Shown here in pieces: positions 7,842 through 15,393 of a DNA stretch of 24,436 nt (position 1 is the first letter of the stretch; each line of letters opens with the position of its first letter). The stretch is from IMG/VR virus record IMGVR_UViG_3300020042_000745, positions 1 through 24,436 of that record, one strand, 5' to 3'. The position numbers and the translations under genes are program-made. Origin of the DNA: a virus. Taxonomy: Duplodnaviria; Caudoviricetes. The notes beneath the pieces are model-generated. The model searched no databases and had not been told where the DNA came from. It saw only the letters and a list, made by a program, of their open reading frames with translations.

Positions 7842-8660
7842 ATGGCAGCAACAACAACTCTTTTGGGCTTAGTCACCCCCACACAGGGAACACTTTCTGG
7901 TACGTGGGGTGATACAGTCAACTACGGTATTACTGATTACCTTGACATTGCAATTGCTGGCACATTATCTTTTGCAGGTGATGGCGCTATTACTTTGGCA
8001 AACACTACGGGTAGCTCATCAGGAAACGCAATAACTTCAACCACAGCCCAGTACATGGTAATTCGTATTACTGGTACGCAAACTGTTACCAAAGTTATTA
8101 CAGCCCCCAGCTACAGCAAACTGTACATGGTGGATCACGCAGGCGCTACAAGCGCAGTGACATTTAAAGCAGCTGCTCAGACAGGCGTGTCGATTGCAGT
8201 TGGTGAAAAATGTTTTGTCTACTACAACGGCACTGATTATGTAAAAGTGGCCACTTCAGTTATTGCTGCTGGCGGTTCAAACACACAAGTTCAGTTCAAC
8301 AGTTCAAACGCGTTGGCTGGTTCTGCTAACTTGACGTTTAACGGTACTATCTTAACTGCGGCAGGTTTATCTGGCCCATTAAATGGTTCTGTTGGTGCAA
8401 CCACACCAAGCACAGTTGTAGCTACACAAGTTAACGTCACTGCACAAGGTGATGTTCGTTTTGAAGATACAACAGGCGGTCAGTATGTAGCTCTTCAAGC
8501 TCCCAGCACGGTTGCTACTAATATAACGTTTACACTACCCGGTGTAGACGGCTCAAGCGGTCAGGCCATTGTTACTGATGGTGCTGGTACTCTTTCTTTT
8601 GCAGCGGCGGGCATTACAGCGGGCAAATCCATTGCGTTTGCAATGATCTTTGGTTTTTAA
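7842..8660 (+). CDS. Putative tail fibre / fibre-base protein (272 aa)
   Basis: SD AAGGA. G(T)WGDTVN N-terminus, GGSNTQVQFN and LPGVDGSSGQAIVTDGAGTLSF fibre motifs, hydrophobic C-terminus GKSIAFAMIFG. Confidence 0.7.
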   Translation: MAATTTLLGLVTPTQGTLSGTWGDTVNYGITDYLDIAIAGTLSFAGDGAITLANTTGSSSGNAITSTTAQYMVIRITGTQTVTKVITAPSYSKLYMVDHAGATSAVTFKAAAQTGVSIAVGEKCFVYYNGTDYVKVATSVIAAGGSNTQVQFNSSNALAGSANLTFNGTILTAAGLSGPLNGSVGATTPSTVVATQVNVTAQGDVRFEDTTGGQYVALQAPSTVATNITFTLPGVDGSSGQAIVTDGAGTLSFAAAGITAGKSIAFAMIFGF

Positions 8661-8669
8661 GGAAAAATT

Positions 8670-9041
8670 ATGGCAAATCCTAATATTGTTGCAGTAACCA
8701 ACATCGTTGGCAACACTCTGTCAGCGGCTGTCTTAACGACTGCAACTCAACTCGCATCAAATGCGGCATCAAGTGGCAAGGTCTTTAAGATCAACTCCAT
8801 TGTGATTGCTAACATTGATGGAACATCTGCGGCTGATGTCACAGTTAATATCTACTCTGCGGCAGCTTTGGGCGGTACGCCATTAGCCATAGCGTCAACC
8901 ATTTCTGTCCCTGCGGATGCTTCATTGATTGTGACCGACAAAACCACAGCGTTCTATCTTTTGGAAGACAGGTCAATCGGTGCGCTTGCTAGTGCGGCTG
9001 GTGACTTGGTTGCTACGATTTCTTTTGAAGAAATTAATTAA
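8670..9041 (+). CDS. Fibre-associated structural protein (123 aa)
   Basis: SD AAGGA; MANPNIVAV...KINSIVIANIDG...ISVPADASL...SFEEI. Lies between the fibre gene and the receptor-binding cassettes. Confidence 0.6.
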   Translation: MANPNIVAVTNIVGNTLSAAVLTTATQLASNAASSGKVFKINSIVIANIDGTSAADVTVNIYSAAALGGTPLAIASTISVPADASLIVTDKTTAFYLLEDRSIGALASAAGDLVATISFEEIN

Positions 9042-9052
9042 TTGGGGGCTTC

Positions 9053-10615
9053 ATGTCCAATCGCTATTCTGGCGGGTTCATTACCGCTTCCTATAACGGG
9101 TTGAAAGTACCTGATGCGCCTATCATTGGTACGGCTACGGGTGGGGCTTCTTCAGTATCTGTAACTTTTACAGCGCCTGCTGATGTGGGTGGCGGGGCTA
9201 TTACAGGTTACACAGCTACCTCATCACCCGGTGGATTTACGGGCACAGGTACATCTTCTCCAATTACCGTTAGTGGTTTGTCTGCTGGTACATCTTATAC
9301 GCTTACGGTTGTAGCTACCAATGCCTACGGGCCAAGCGTATCAAGTGCGGCAAGTAACAGCGCATCTCCTGTAGTTTATTTTATTGGTGCGCTTGGCGGT
9401 ACAGACCCAAATACTGCTAAAAGCATAGCCGTAGATAGTAATTTTAATGTTTATGTTTTTGGTGGCCACGACAATGGCGTAAGTTCAAATGATTTCCAAC
9501 TAGCTAAATACGACACTTCTGGTGTTATTCAATTCCAAAAAACACTTAGCGGAGCAACGTCATCTGATAAGGGTAACGACATAGCTCTTGACTCTAGTGG
9601 GAATGTTTATGTTATTGGAAGTTCAGACGATGGGCCAAGCCGTAACTTCCAAATAGCTAAATACAATTCTTCTGGCGCAGTTCAATGGCAAAGAAGGCTT
9701 GGTAATACAAGCTCAAATGATGTAGGTTTTGGAATTTCTGTAGACAGTAGCAGTAATGCGTATGTCACGGGAGTTCAAACTTATAATGGTGGCGGTAATA
9801 TATGCCCTCAAATTGCCAAGTATGATTCTTCTGGTGCAATCCAATGGCAGAGAAGACTTAGCCCTGCTTCTGGTGATGATTATTTTTATGGTGTTGCCGC
9901 TGGTTCTAGTGTGTATGCTTGTGGATTTTCACAAGCCGCAGGAAATAATAATTTACTCCTAGTCAAATACGATACCTCTGGAACACTCCAATGGCAAAAA
10001 ATACTAGGTGGTGCTAATTCTGAGTTTGGTTATGGCGCAGCAATAGACAGTAGTGGGAATGTGTTTGTTTCAGGTCAAACAAATGTATCGGGTAACTACG
10101 ATATGTTAATTGCCAAATACGATTCCTCTGGAACTGTAATATGGCAAAGAAAACTTGGTGATGGTGCCGTTGATTCGGTTTATGGCTCACATTCAATTGC
10201 GTTAGACAGTAGCGACAATGCTTATGTATGCTGGTCTAATGGTACTGGCAACCTCAGCATTGCCAAATATAATTCTTCTGGAACTATCCAATGGCAGAGA
10301 ACCCTTAGTGGGGCGTGTTACGGATGGGGTGCGGCAATAGACACCGCTGGTACTTTATATATTAGCGGCTATTTAGATATTAGCCCCGCAAGAAAGTTTT
10401 TGTTTGCAAAACTACCTAACGACGGTTCTTTAACTGGGACATACACAGTTGCTGGTACAAGTTTAACTTATGCGGCATCCTCTTACACGGATTCAGCAAC
10501 AACTTTGACAGAAGCGACTTCAACACTAACAGCCGCTACATCTACTTTGGTTGATGCGGCAACTACTTTGACAGAGGCAACCTCTACATTAACCTCATCA
10601 GTAACAACAATATGA
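9053..10615 (+). CDS. Receptor-binding protein 1: fibronectin type III domain + beta-propeller + Thr/Ser heptad tail (520 aa)
   Basis: FN3 pattern PDAP...SVTFTAP..GG.AITGY...V.GL..GT.YT.TV.ATNAYG; six KY(D/N)xxGxxQ(W/F)Q-type blade repeats plus KLPNDG; C-terminal TLTEATS heptads. Confidence 0.8.
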   Translation: MSNRYSGGFITASYNGLKVPDAPIIGTATGGASSVSVTFTAPADVGGGAITGYTATSSPGGFTGTGTSSPITVSGLSAGTSYTLTVVATNAYGPSVSSAASNSASPVVYFIGALGGTDPNTAKSIAVDSNFNVYVFGGHDNGVSSNDFQLAKYDTSGVIQFQKTLSGATSSDKGNDIALDSSGNVYVIGSSDDGPSRNFQIAKYNSSGAVQWQRRLGNTSSNDVGFGISVDSSSNAYVTGVQTYNGGGNICPQIAKYDSSGAIQWQRRLSPASGDDYFYGVAAGSSVYACGFSQAAGNNNLLLVKYDTSGTLQWQKILGGANSEFGYGAAIDSSGNVFVSGQTNVSGNYDMLIAKYDSSGTVIWQRKLGDGAVDSVYGSHSIALDSSDNAYVCWSNGTGNLSIAKYNSSGTIQWQRTLSGACYGWGAAIDTAGTLYISGYLDISPARKFLFAKLPNDGSLTGTYTVAGTSLTYAASSYTDSATTLTEATSTLTAATSTLVDAATTLTEATSTLTSSVTTI

Positions 10616-10866
10616 CCGCCTACATCAAACTTTCAACCAATGAGTATCCTCGCCATGCTGGTGATCTTGCGCTTGACCCTGCGGGTGAGTATGCTATTGT
10701 GCAATGGGTTGATGCCCCTGCTTTTAATAGAGAAACGCAACGATGTGTAGAAGGTGTGCCAGAGCAGGTTAATGGGCAGTGGCGCATGACTTGGGTGGTG
10801 CGAGATGCCACCCCAGAAGAAATTGAAATAGCGAACAGACCTTTTGATCCGTTAACACGGGGGTAA
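10612..10866 (+). CDS. Putative fibre assembly chaperone 1 (84 aa)
   Basis: ATGA-coupled to RBP1; N-terminus nearly identical to 13312-13701; EGVPEQVNGQWRMTWVV motif. Confidence 0.65.
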   Translation: MTAYIKLSTNEYPRHAGDLALDPAGEYAIVQWVDAPAFNRETQRCVEGVPEQVNGQWRMTWVVRDATPEEIEIANRPFDPLTRG

Positions 10867-10869
10867 GCA

Positions 10870-11556
10870 ATGCCTAATTATTCAGGAATTTGGACATCAA
10901 GACAGCAGATGCAAGCTATTGGGGCGCAGAACTGGCCCGGATTTGTTCCAGCTATTGGTGAGGCATATGGTGGTGGTTTTTTTGCAGGTCAAATCTCGAC
11001 TGCTGGAAATGGTATAGCTGATTACAACTTAGTTGTGTCACCCTTTGCAACGGGTGAAGGTTATTTGGCTTGGAAAAATGTAGCCACAGCAACACCCGGT
11101 GCTGATAGCACTGTTAACGGGGCGCAAAACACAGCAGATATGGTTGCTGATGGAAACGCCACTGTTTATCCAATTGCTCATTTTTGTAATGACCTCACCA
11201 TTGGTGGATTTACAGATTGGTATTTGCCAGCTAAATTTGAATTGGAAATTTGTTATTTCAATTTAAAACCATCTACAGCAGGGAATGATGGTTCTTTTGG
11301 GGCAAATCCTTATTCAGTACCGACTAGAGCTGGTAATTATTCTGGTGGTAATCCTGCTAGTAACCCCGCACAAACAACAGCTACAGCTTTTCAAGTTGCA
11401 GGCGGACAAGATTTTATTTCTGGTGCAAATTATGTTGGCAGTAATGAAACATCAACAACTAATGCGTACATGAAAAATTTTGGTAATGGTGCTGATGGTT
11501 CAGATAACAAAACATTCCCATTTAATTTTCGCGCCATCCGTAAAGTTCCGGTTTAA
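10870..11556 (+). CDS. Receptor-binding protein 2, DUF1566/Lcl (C-type-lectin-fold)-like (228 aa)
   Basis: IGEAYGGGFFAG, FCNDLTIGGFTDWYLPAKFELEI and terminal RAIRK motifs are characteristic of DUF1566-like domains. Confidence 0.7.
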   Translation: MPNYSGIWTSRQQMQAIGAQNWPGFVPAIGEAYGGGFFAGQISTAGNGIADYNLVVSPFATGEGYLAWKNVATATPGADSTVNGAQNTADMVADGNATVYPIAHFCNDLTIGGFTDWYLPAKFELEICYFNLKPSTAGNDGSFGANPYSVPTRAGNYSGGNPASNPAQTTATAFQVAGGQDFISGANYVGSNETSTTNAYMKNFGNGADGSDNKTFPFNFRAIRKVPV

Positions 11557-11568
11557 ACAGAGAAACGT

Positions 11569-11985
11569 ATGAAGCACATTTGTATAACTGAAGTAGACGC
11601 GGTCACAAAAATACCTTGTACTGTTGAGCCACAACGCACAGGCCCATCCATGCCAGCGATTAAGGGTTTTCAGCATCAATGGCAAGATAAATCTACATGG
11701 CCCATTGGACTTTTGGCAAACGGCACATATTTAAGAGCGCCTAAATACTATGGCACTTGCGATGATGACGTAGATACAAACATTGCTGGTGTGTTGCAGG
11801 TTTTGACTGAGAACGAGTACCAAGCGTTAAAAACTGCCGAGCATCAAGCCCGTAAGCCATACCCCAGTTGGATTGGTAACGAAGAAACAATGACATGGGA
11901 TGCCCCAACACCGTACCCTGATAACGGCAAGCGGTACACTTGGGACGAGCCAACAACATCTTGGATTGAGGTAACAAATGTCTAA
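11569..11985 (+). CDS. Putative fibre chaperone / accessory protein 2 (138 aa)
   Basis: Follows RBP2. Trp/Pro-rich C-terminus KPYPSW...WDAPTPYP..GKRYTWDE....W is of the kind seen in genes downstream of fibre genes. Confidence 0.55.
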   Translation: MKHICITEVDAVTKIPCTVEPQRTGPSMPAIKGFQHQWQDKSTWPIGLLANGTYLRAPKYYGTCDDDVDTNIAGVLQVLTENEYQALKTAEHQARKPYPSWIGNEETMTWDAPTPYPDNGKRYTWDEPTTSWIEVTNV

Positions 11986-13315
11986 TCAGTACCCCGGCGG
12001 GTTTATTACCAAGATACCTCCAACTGTATCGACTTCGTCAGCAAGTGGGGTGTGGACGCTTAATCAACAAGCTAACTATCAGAAACTAGGTCAATGGCCC
12101 CGATACGATCCGTATTGGATAGGCTTTCTTAATGATGCTTCTGACACAGACAATGCACACTCAGTAGCAGTAGATACCGTTGGTAATTATTACATTTGCG
12201 GGTCCTCAAAAATAAGTGCCGTAAATGCTTTCCAGATAGCTAAATACAATATTGCTGGCGTAATTCAATGGCAAAGAACTTTAAGTAGTGGTTCTGGTGA
12301 TACTGCTAATGGAATAGCCGTAGATTTGTCTGGTAATGTTTATGTTTGTGGCGTTTCAAATGGCAATTTTCAAGTAGCCAAATACAACACAAGCGGAACA
12401 ATTCAATGGCAAAAGAATTTTGTAGGAACTGCAAACTCGGTTGCTGTAGATTCTTCTGGCAATGTTCATGTTTTGGGAGTCCCTAATGTCAGTGACTTTC
12501 AAATAATTAAATACGACACAGATGGCACAGTTTTATGGCAAAGAAAGTTAGCTGGTAGTACTGATGTTGGGAAGGGAATAGCAGTAGATTCTTCTGGCAA
12601 TGTTTTTGTTTGCGGGTATTCAGACAATTCTGGCACATACGATATGCAATTAGCAAAGTATGACAGTAGTGGAACAATCCAATGGCAAAGATATTTGGGC
12701 GGTAGCGGTAGTAACTATGCGTTTGGCGTAGCAACAGATTCATCTGGCAATGTTTTTATGTGCGGACAACTTGATAATTTTCCAAACGATGACTTTAATA
12801 TTGCCAAATATAACTCTAGCGGAACAATTCAATGGCAAAGAAGATTGGGTGGTGGTTCGGCATCTGATGTTGGTTATTCAGTAGCCGTAGATTCTTCTGG
12901 AAATCCTTATTTTTTTGGTGTTTCAAATAATTCTGGTACATATGATTTCCAAATTGCAAAATACAACACTAGCGGGACAATCCAATGGCAAAGAAGGTTA
13001 GGTAGTAGCGGTACTGACATTGGCAGGTCAATAGCAATAGATAATTTTAATAATATCTATATTGGTGGATATTCAGGTATTAGTGGAACAAACGCTTTTC
13101 TGTTTGCAAAATTGCCTAGCGATGGTTCTTTGACAGGCACTTATACAGTTGGTGGATATTCATTAACTTATGCTTCTTCTTCATTAGGAGATGCTTCTTC
13201 TTCAATGACAGATGCAGCATCTACATTGACATCATCAACTTCTACAGTATCACCCGCAACTTCTGGATTAACTTCTGCAACGTCTACACTAACTTCATCG
13301 GTAACAACACTATGA
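11978..13315 (+). CDS. Receptor-binding protein 3: beta-propeller + Ser/Thr heptad tail (445 aa), paralog of RBP1
   Basis: SD GAGGT; six KY(D/N)xxGxx(Q/L)WQ repeats plus FLFAKLPSDGSLTGTYTV, which closely matches RBP1. Confidence 0.8.
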   Translation: MSNQYPGGFITKIPPTVSTSSASGVWTLNQQANYQKLGQWPRYDPYWIGFLNDASDTDNAHSVAVDTVGNYYICGSSKISAVNAFQIAKYNIAGVIQWQRTLSSGSGDTANGIAVDLSGNVYVCGVSNGNFQVAKYNTSGTIQWQKNFVGTANSVAVDSSGNVHVLGVPNVSDFQIIKYDTDGTVLWQRKLAGSTDVGKGIAVDSSGNVFVCGYSDNSGTYDMQLAKYDSSGTIQWQRYLGGSGSNYAFGVATDSSGNVFMCGQLDNFPNDDFNIAKYNSSGTIQWQRRLGGGSASDVGYSVAVDSSGNPYFFGVSNNSGTYDFQIAKYNTSGTIQWQRRLGSSGTDIGRSIAIDNFNNIYIGGYSGISGTNAFLFAKLPSDGSLTGTYTVGGYSLTYASSSLGDASSSMTDAASTLTSSTSTVSPATSGLTSATSTLTSSVTTL

Positions 13316-13701
13316 CCACATACATCAAACTTTCAACTTCTGAATATCCAAGACACATTGGCGATATACAGCTTGACTCTGCTGGTATGTCTGATTACGC
13401 AGAAGTGCAATTGATTGACAAACCTACAATCAATGCTCAACGTGAACGTGCCCATGTTGGCGCACCAGTTCAATCCAATGGTCAATGGTTAACAAATTGG
13501 GTTGTTACTCAAATACCAGATTCAGAGGAAGCTGTAAAAGTGCGTGAGCAACGCAATCAAAAGTTGAAAGACTGTGATTGGACGCAACTATCTGATTCGC
13601 CTGTAGATAAAACTGCATGGGCCACATACCGCCAAGCACTGCGTGACATCACAGGTCAAGCAGGTTTCCCTTGGACAATTACTTGGCCTGACGCTCCCTA
13701 A
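13312..13701 (+). CDS. Phage tail fibre assembly chaperone (129 aa)
   Basis: C-terminal VREQRNQKLKDCDWTQLSD...WATYRQALRDIT.Q.GFPW.I.WP is a well-known tail assembly chaperone signature; ATGA-coupled to RBP3. Confidence 0.8.
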   Translation: MTTYIKLSTSEYPRHIGDIQLDSAGMSDYAEVQLIDKPTINAQRERAHVGAPVQSNGQWLTNWVVTQIPDSEEAVKVREQRNQKLKDCDWTQLSDSPVDKTAWATYRQALRDITGQAGFPWTITWPDAP

Positions 13702-13703
13702 TC

Positions 13704-13796
13704 ATGTGGGACTGGGCTGAAGCATTCATTGCGGCGGCCTGTATAGCGGCCTTCGTCATCTTTGGCACGTACATGATTGCATGGAGTTGGTCGTGA
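13704..13796 (+). CDS. 30-aa single-pass membrane peptide, not in the ORF track
   Basis: MWDWAEAFIAAACIAAFVIFGTYMIAWSWS; starts 2 nt after the upstream stop. Confidence 0.55.
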   Translation: MWDWAEAFIAAACIAAFVIFGTYMIAWSWS

Positions 13797-13799
13797 TGT

Positions 13800-13952
13800 A
13801 TGAAGTGGCTGTTGGTAATCTTTATGCTAGTGCCGCAAACATCCAGTCAAAAAAAGAAAGATGAATACCGCTGTGTACGCTGGGCTTGGACAGGAGATGT
13901 CTATAACCGCAAAGTAGTATGCCTTGAGTGGCAAAAGGTTGAACGGAAATGA
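13800..13952 (+). CDS. 50-aa protein with a signal-peptide-like N-terminus and two Cys, not in the ORF track
   Basis: MKWLLVIFMLVPQTSSQKKKDEYRCVRWAWTGDVYNRKVVCLEWQKVERK; GGAG upstream; ATGA overlap with 13949. Confidence 0.65.
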   Translation: MKWLLVIFMLVPQTSSQKKKDEYRCVRWAWTGDVYNRKVVCLEWQKVERK

Positions 13953-14446
13953 TTGACCCTCTAACAGCCCTAGCAGGTTTGACAAGCGCCATATCGCTTG
14001 TTAAGAAAGCGGCAAAGGTGGCAAACGACCTAGGCGGCCTAGGCGTGATGGTTGCGCGTATGTTTGACGCTAAGAGCGTTGCGACCAAGGCGATGGTTGA
14101 TGCAAAGCGGTCAGGCAATAAGTCTAACTTTGCGCTGGCAATGCAGATAGAAAATGCACTGATGCAGACTGCCAAGCTGGAGGCTCAGTTGCAACTCTTG
14201 TATATGCAGACAGGCAATATTGACGTTTGGAATAAGATCAAAGCACGAGCGGCTGAGATGGATGCCGAAGATGCCTACCTTGCCAAACAGTCAAAAGCAG
14301 AGGATAAAAAGCGTAAAGCCAAAGCGCAGAGTGAGGCTGAATTGGCGGCTGGGATTACAGCGGTTGCTTTTTTGTTGATGATGCTGGCCTTCGGTTTGTA
14401 TGAGTTGATGGAGTTTTGTCAGCAAACAAAGAGATGTGGCAGGTAA
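13949..14446 (+). CDS. Coiled-coil membrane-anchored protein in the lysis region (165 aa)
   Basis: Amphipathic N-terminus MIDPLTALAG, charged helical middle, C-terminal hydrophobic segment LAAGITAVAFLLMMLAFGLY. Confidence 0.65.
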   Translation: MIDPLTALAGLTSAISLVKKAAKVANDLGGLGVMVARMFDAKSVATKAMVDAKRSGNKSNFALAMQIENALMQTAKLEAQLQLLYMQTGNIDVWNKIKARAAEMDAEDAYLAKQSKAEDKKRKAKAQSEAELAAGITAVAFLLMMLAFGLYELMEFCQQTKRCGR

Positions 14447-14458
14447 CTAGGAGTAACT

Positions 14459-14950
14459 ATGTTTGAAGTCTTTGGCGGTATTTTAGGTGGTGCATTAGGC
14501 GGTATCTTTCGCTTGGCTCCTGAGGTTCTCAAGTTCTTTGACAAGAAGAACGAACGGTCGCATGAGATGCTTATGTTTGCCCGCCAGTGTGAACTGGAGC
14601 AAATTAGGGGTCAGATGAAGCTGGCTGAGATTGGGGCACAACGCGAAGCCGCTATTGACGTAGGCGTAATGGATGCCTTTCAGTCTGCCATAGAACAACA
14701 AGCAACAATGGTCAAAGCCGCAGGTGGCTGGGCGGCTAGTTTGTCTGCATCTGTTCGTCCTGTTGTTACGTACTGGATTCTTTTGGTGTGGTCTTTTGTG
14801 CATTTTTGGTATGCGTGGACGGGTTTTAGAACTGGCCTTGACCCAACTGAAGTGTTTAGACTGTTCATGTCTCCTGACTTCTCGGCACTTTTGGCTGGAA
14901 CAATTAACTATTGGTTCCTTGATAGAACTCTTAAACAGCGCGGGCTATGA
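14459..14950 (+). CDS. Putative holin (3-TM, GTA-holin-like; 163 aa)
   Basis: SD AGGAG; N-terminal Gly-rich hydrophobic segment, SVRPVVTY followed by a TM segment, C-terminal INYWFLDR; ATGA-coupled to the lysozyme gene. Confidence 0.65.
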   Translation: MFEVFGGILGGALGGIFRLAPEVLKFFDKKNERSHEMLMFARQCELEQIRGQMKLAEIGAQREAAIDVGVMDAFQSAIEQQATMVKAAGGWAASLSASVRPVVTYWILLVWSFVHFWYAWTGFRTGLDPTEVFRLFMSPDFSALLAGTINYWFLDRTLKQRGL

Positions 14951-15390
14951 ACTTAGAACTAGCCGCAGAGATGTGTAAACGGTTTGAGGGCTTTCGCTCC
15001 AAGCCGTATTTGTGCCCTGCCAACGTAGCCACGATTGGCTATGGTTCTACCTACTACGCAGACAAGCGCAAGGTAACGCTAGAAGATGCACCAATGAGTC
15101 AGGAAGAGGCTCACGCTCTTTTGATGATTGAGCTTGAGCATACTTACCTGCCCGGCGTTCTACGTAACTGCCCCGGCCTAATTCTGGACGAACGCAGGTG
15201 CAACGCCATCGTGGACTTTGCCTACAATTTGGGCACTGGACGCTTGCAAACATCTACGTTAAAGAGGAAAATCAATGCCAATGATTGGGAAGGCGCAAAA
15301 GAACAACTAATGCTCTGGACTAAAGGTGGCGGTAAGGTACTGCCGGGACTGTTTAAACGCCGCACGGCTGAGTGCGCTTTGTTGGATTAA
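14947..15390 (+). CDS. Endolysin, GH24 phage lysozyme (147 aa)
   Basis: FEG...YLCPANVATIGYG with catalytic spacing E14-x8-C23-x5-T29; AIVDFAYNLG; STLKRKINA; GL.KRR.AE..L. Confidence 0.93.
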   Translation: MNLELAAEMCKRFEGFRSKPYLCPANVATIGYGSTYYADKRKVTLEDAPMSQEEAHALLMIELEHTYLPGVLRNCPGLILDERRCNAIVDFAYNLGTGRLQTSTLKRKINANDWEGAKEQLMLWTKGGGKVLPGLFKRRTAECALLD

Positions 15391-15393
15391 GCA

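Noticed and set aside
9500-13000. Recurring CAATGGCAAAG / GTAGATTCTTCTGG sequences resembling a CRISPR array
   Set aside because: They are in-frame codons of beta-propeller blades (QWQR, VDSSG) with synonymous variation and roughly 130-160 bp spacing; no cas genes or leader.
10870-13952. Complete diversity-generating retroelement or invertible fibre switch
   Set aside because: No reverse transcriptase, template repeat, invertase or inverted cassette is visible; all cassettes are co-oriented.
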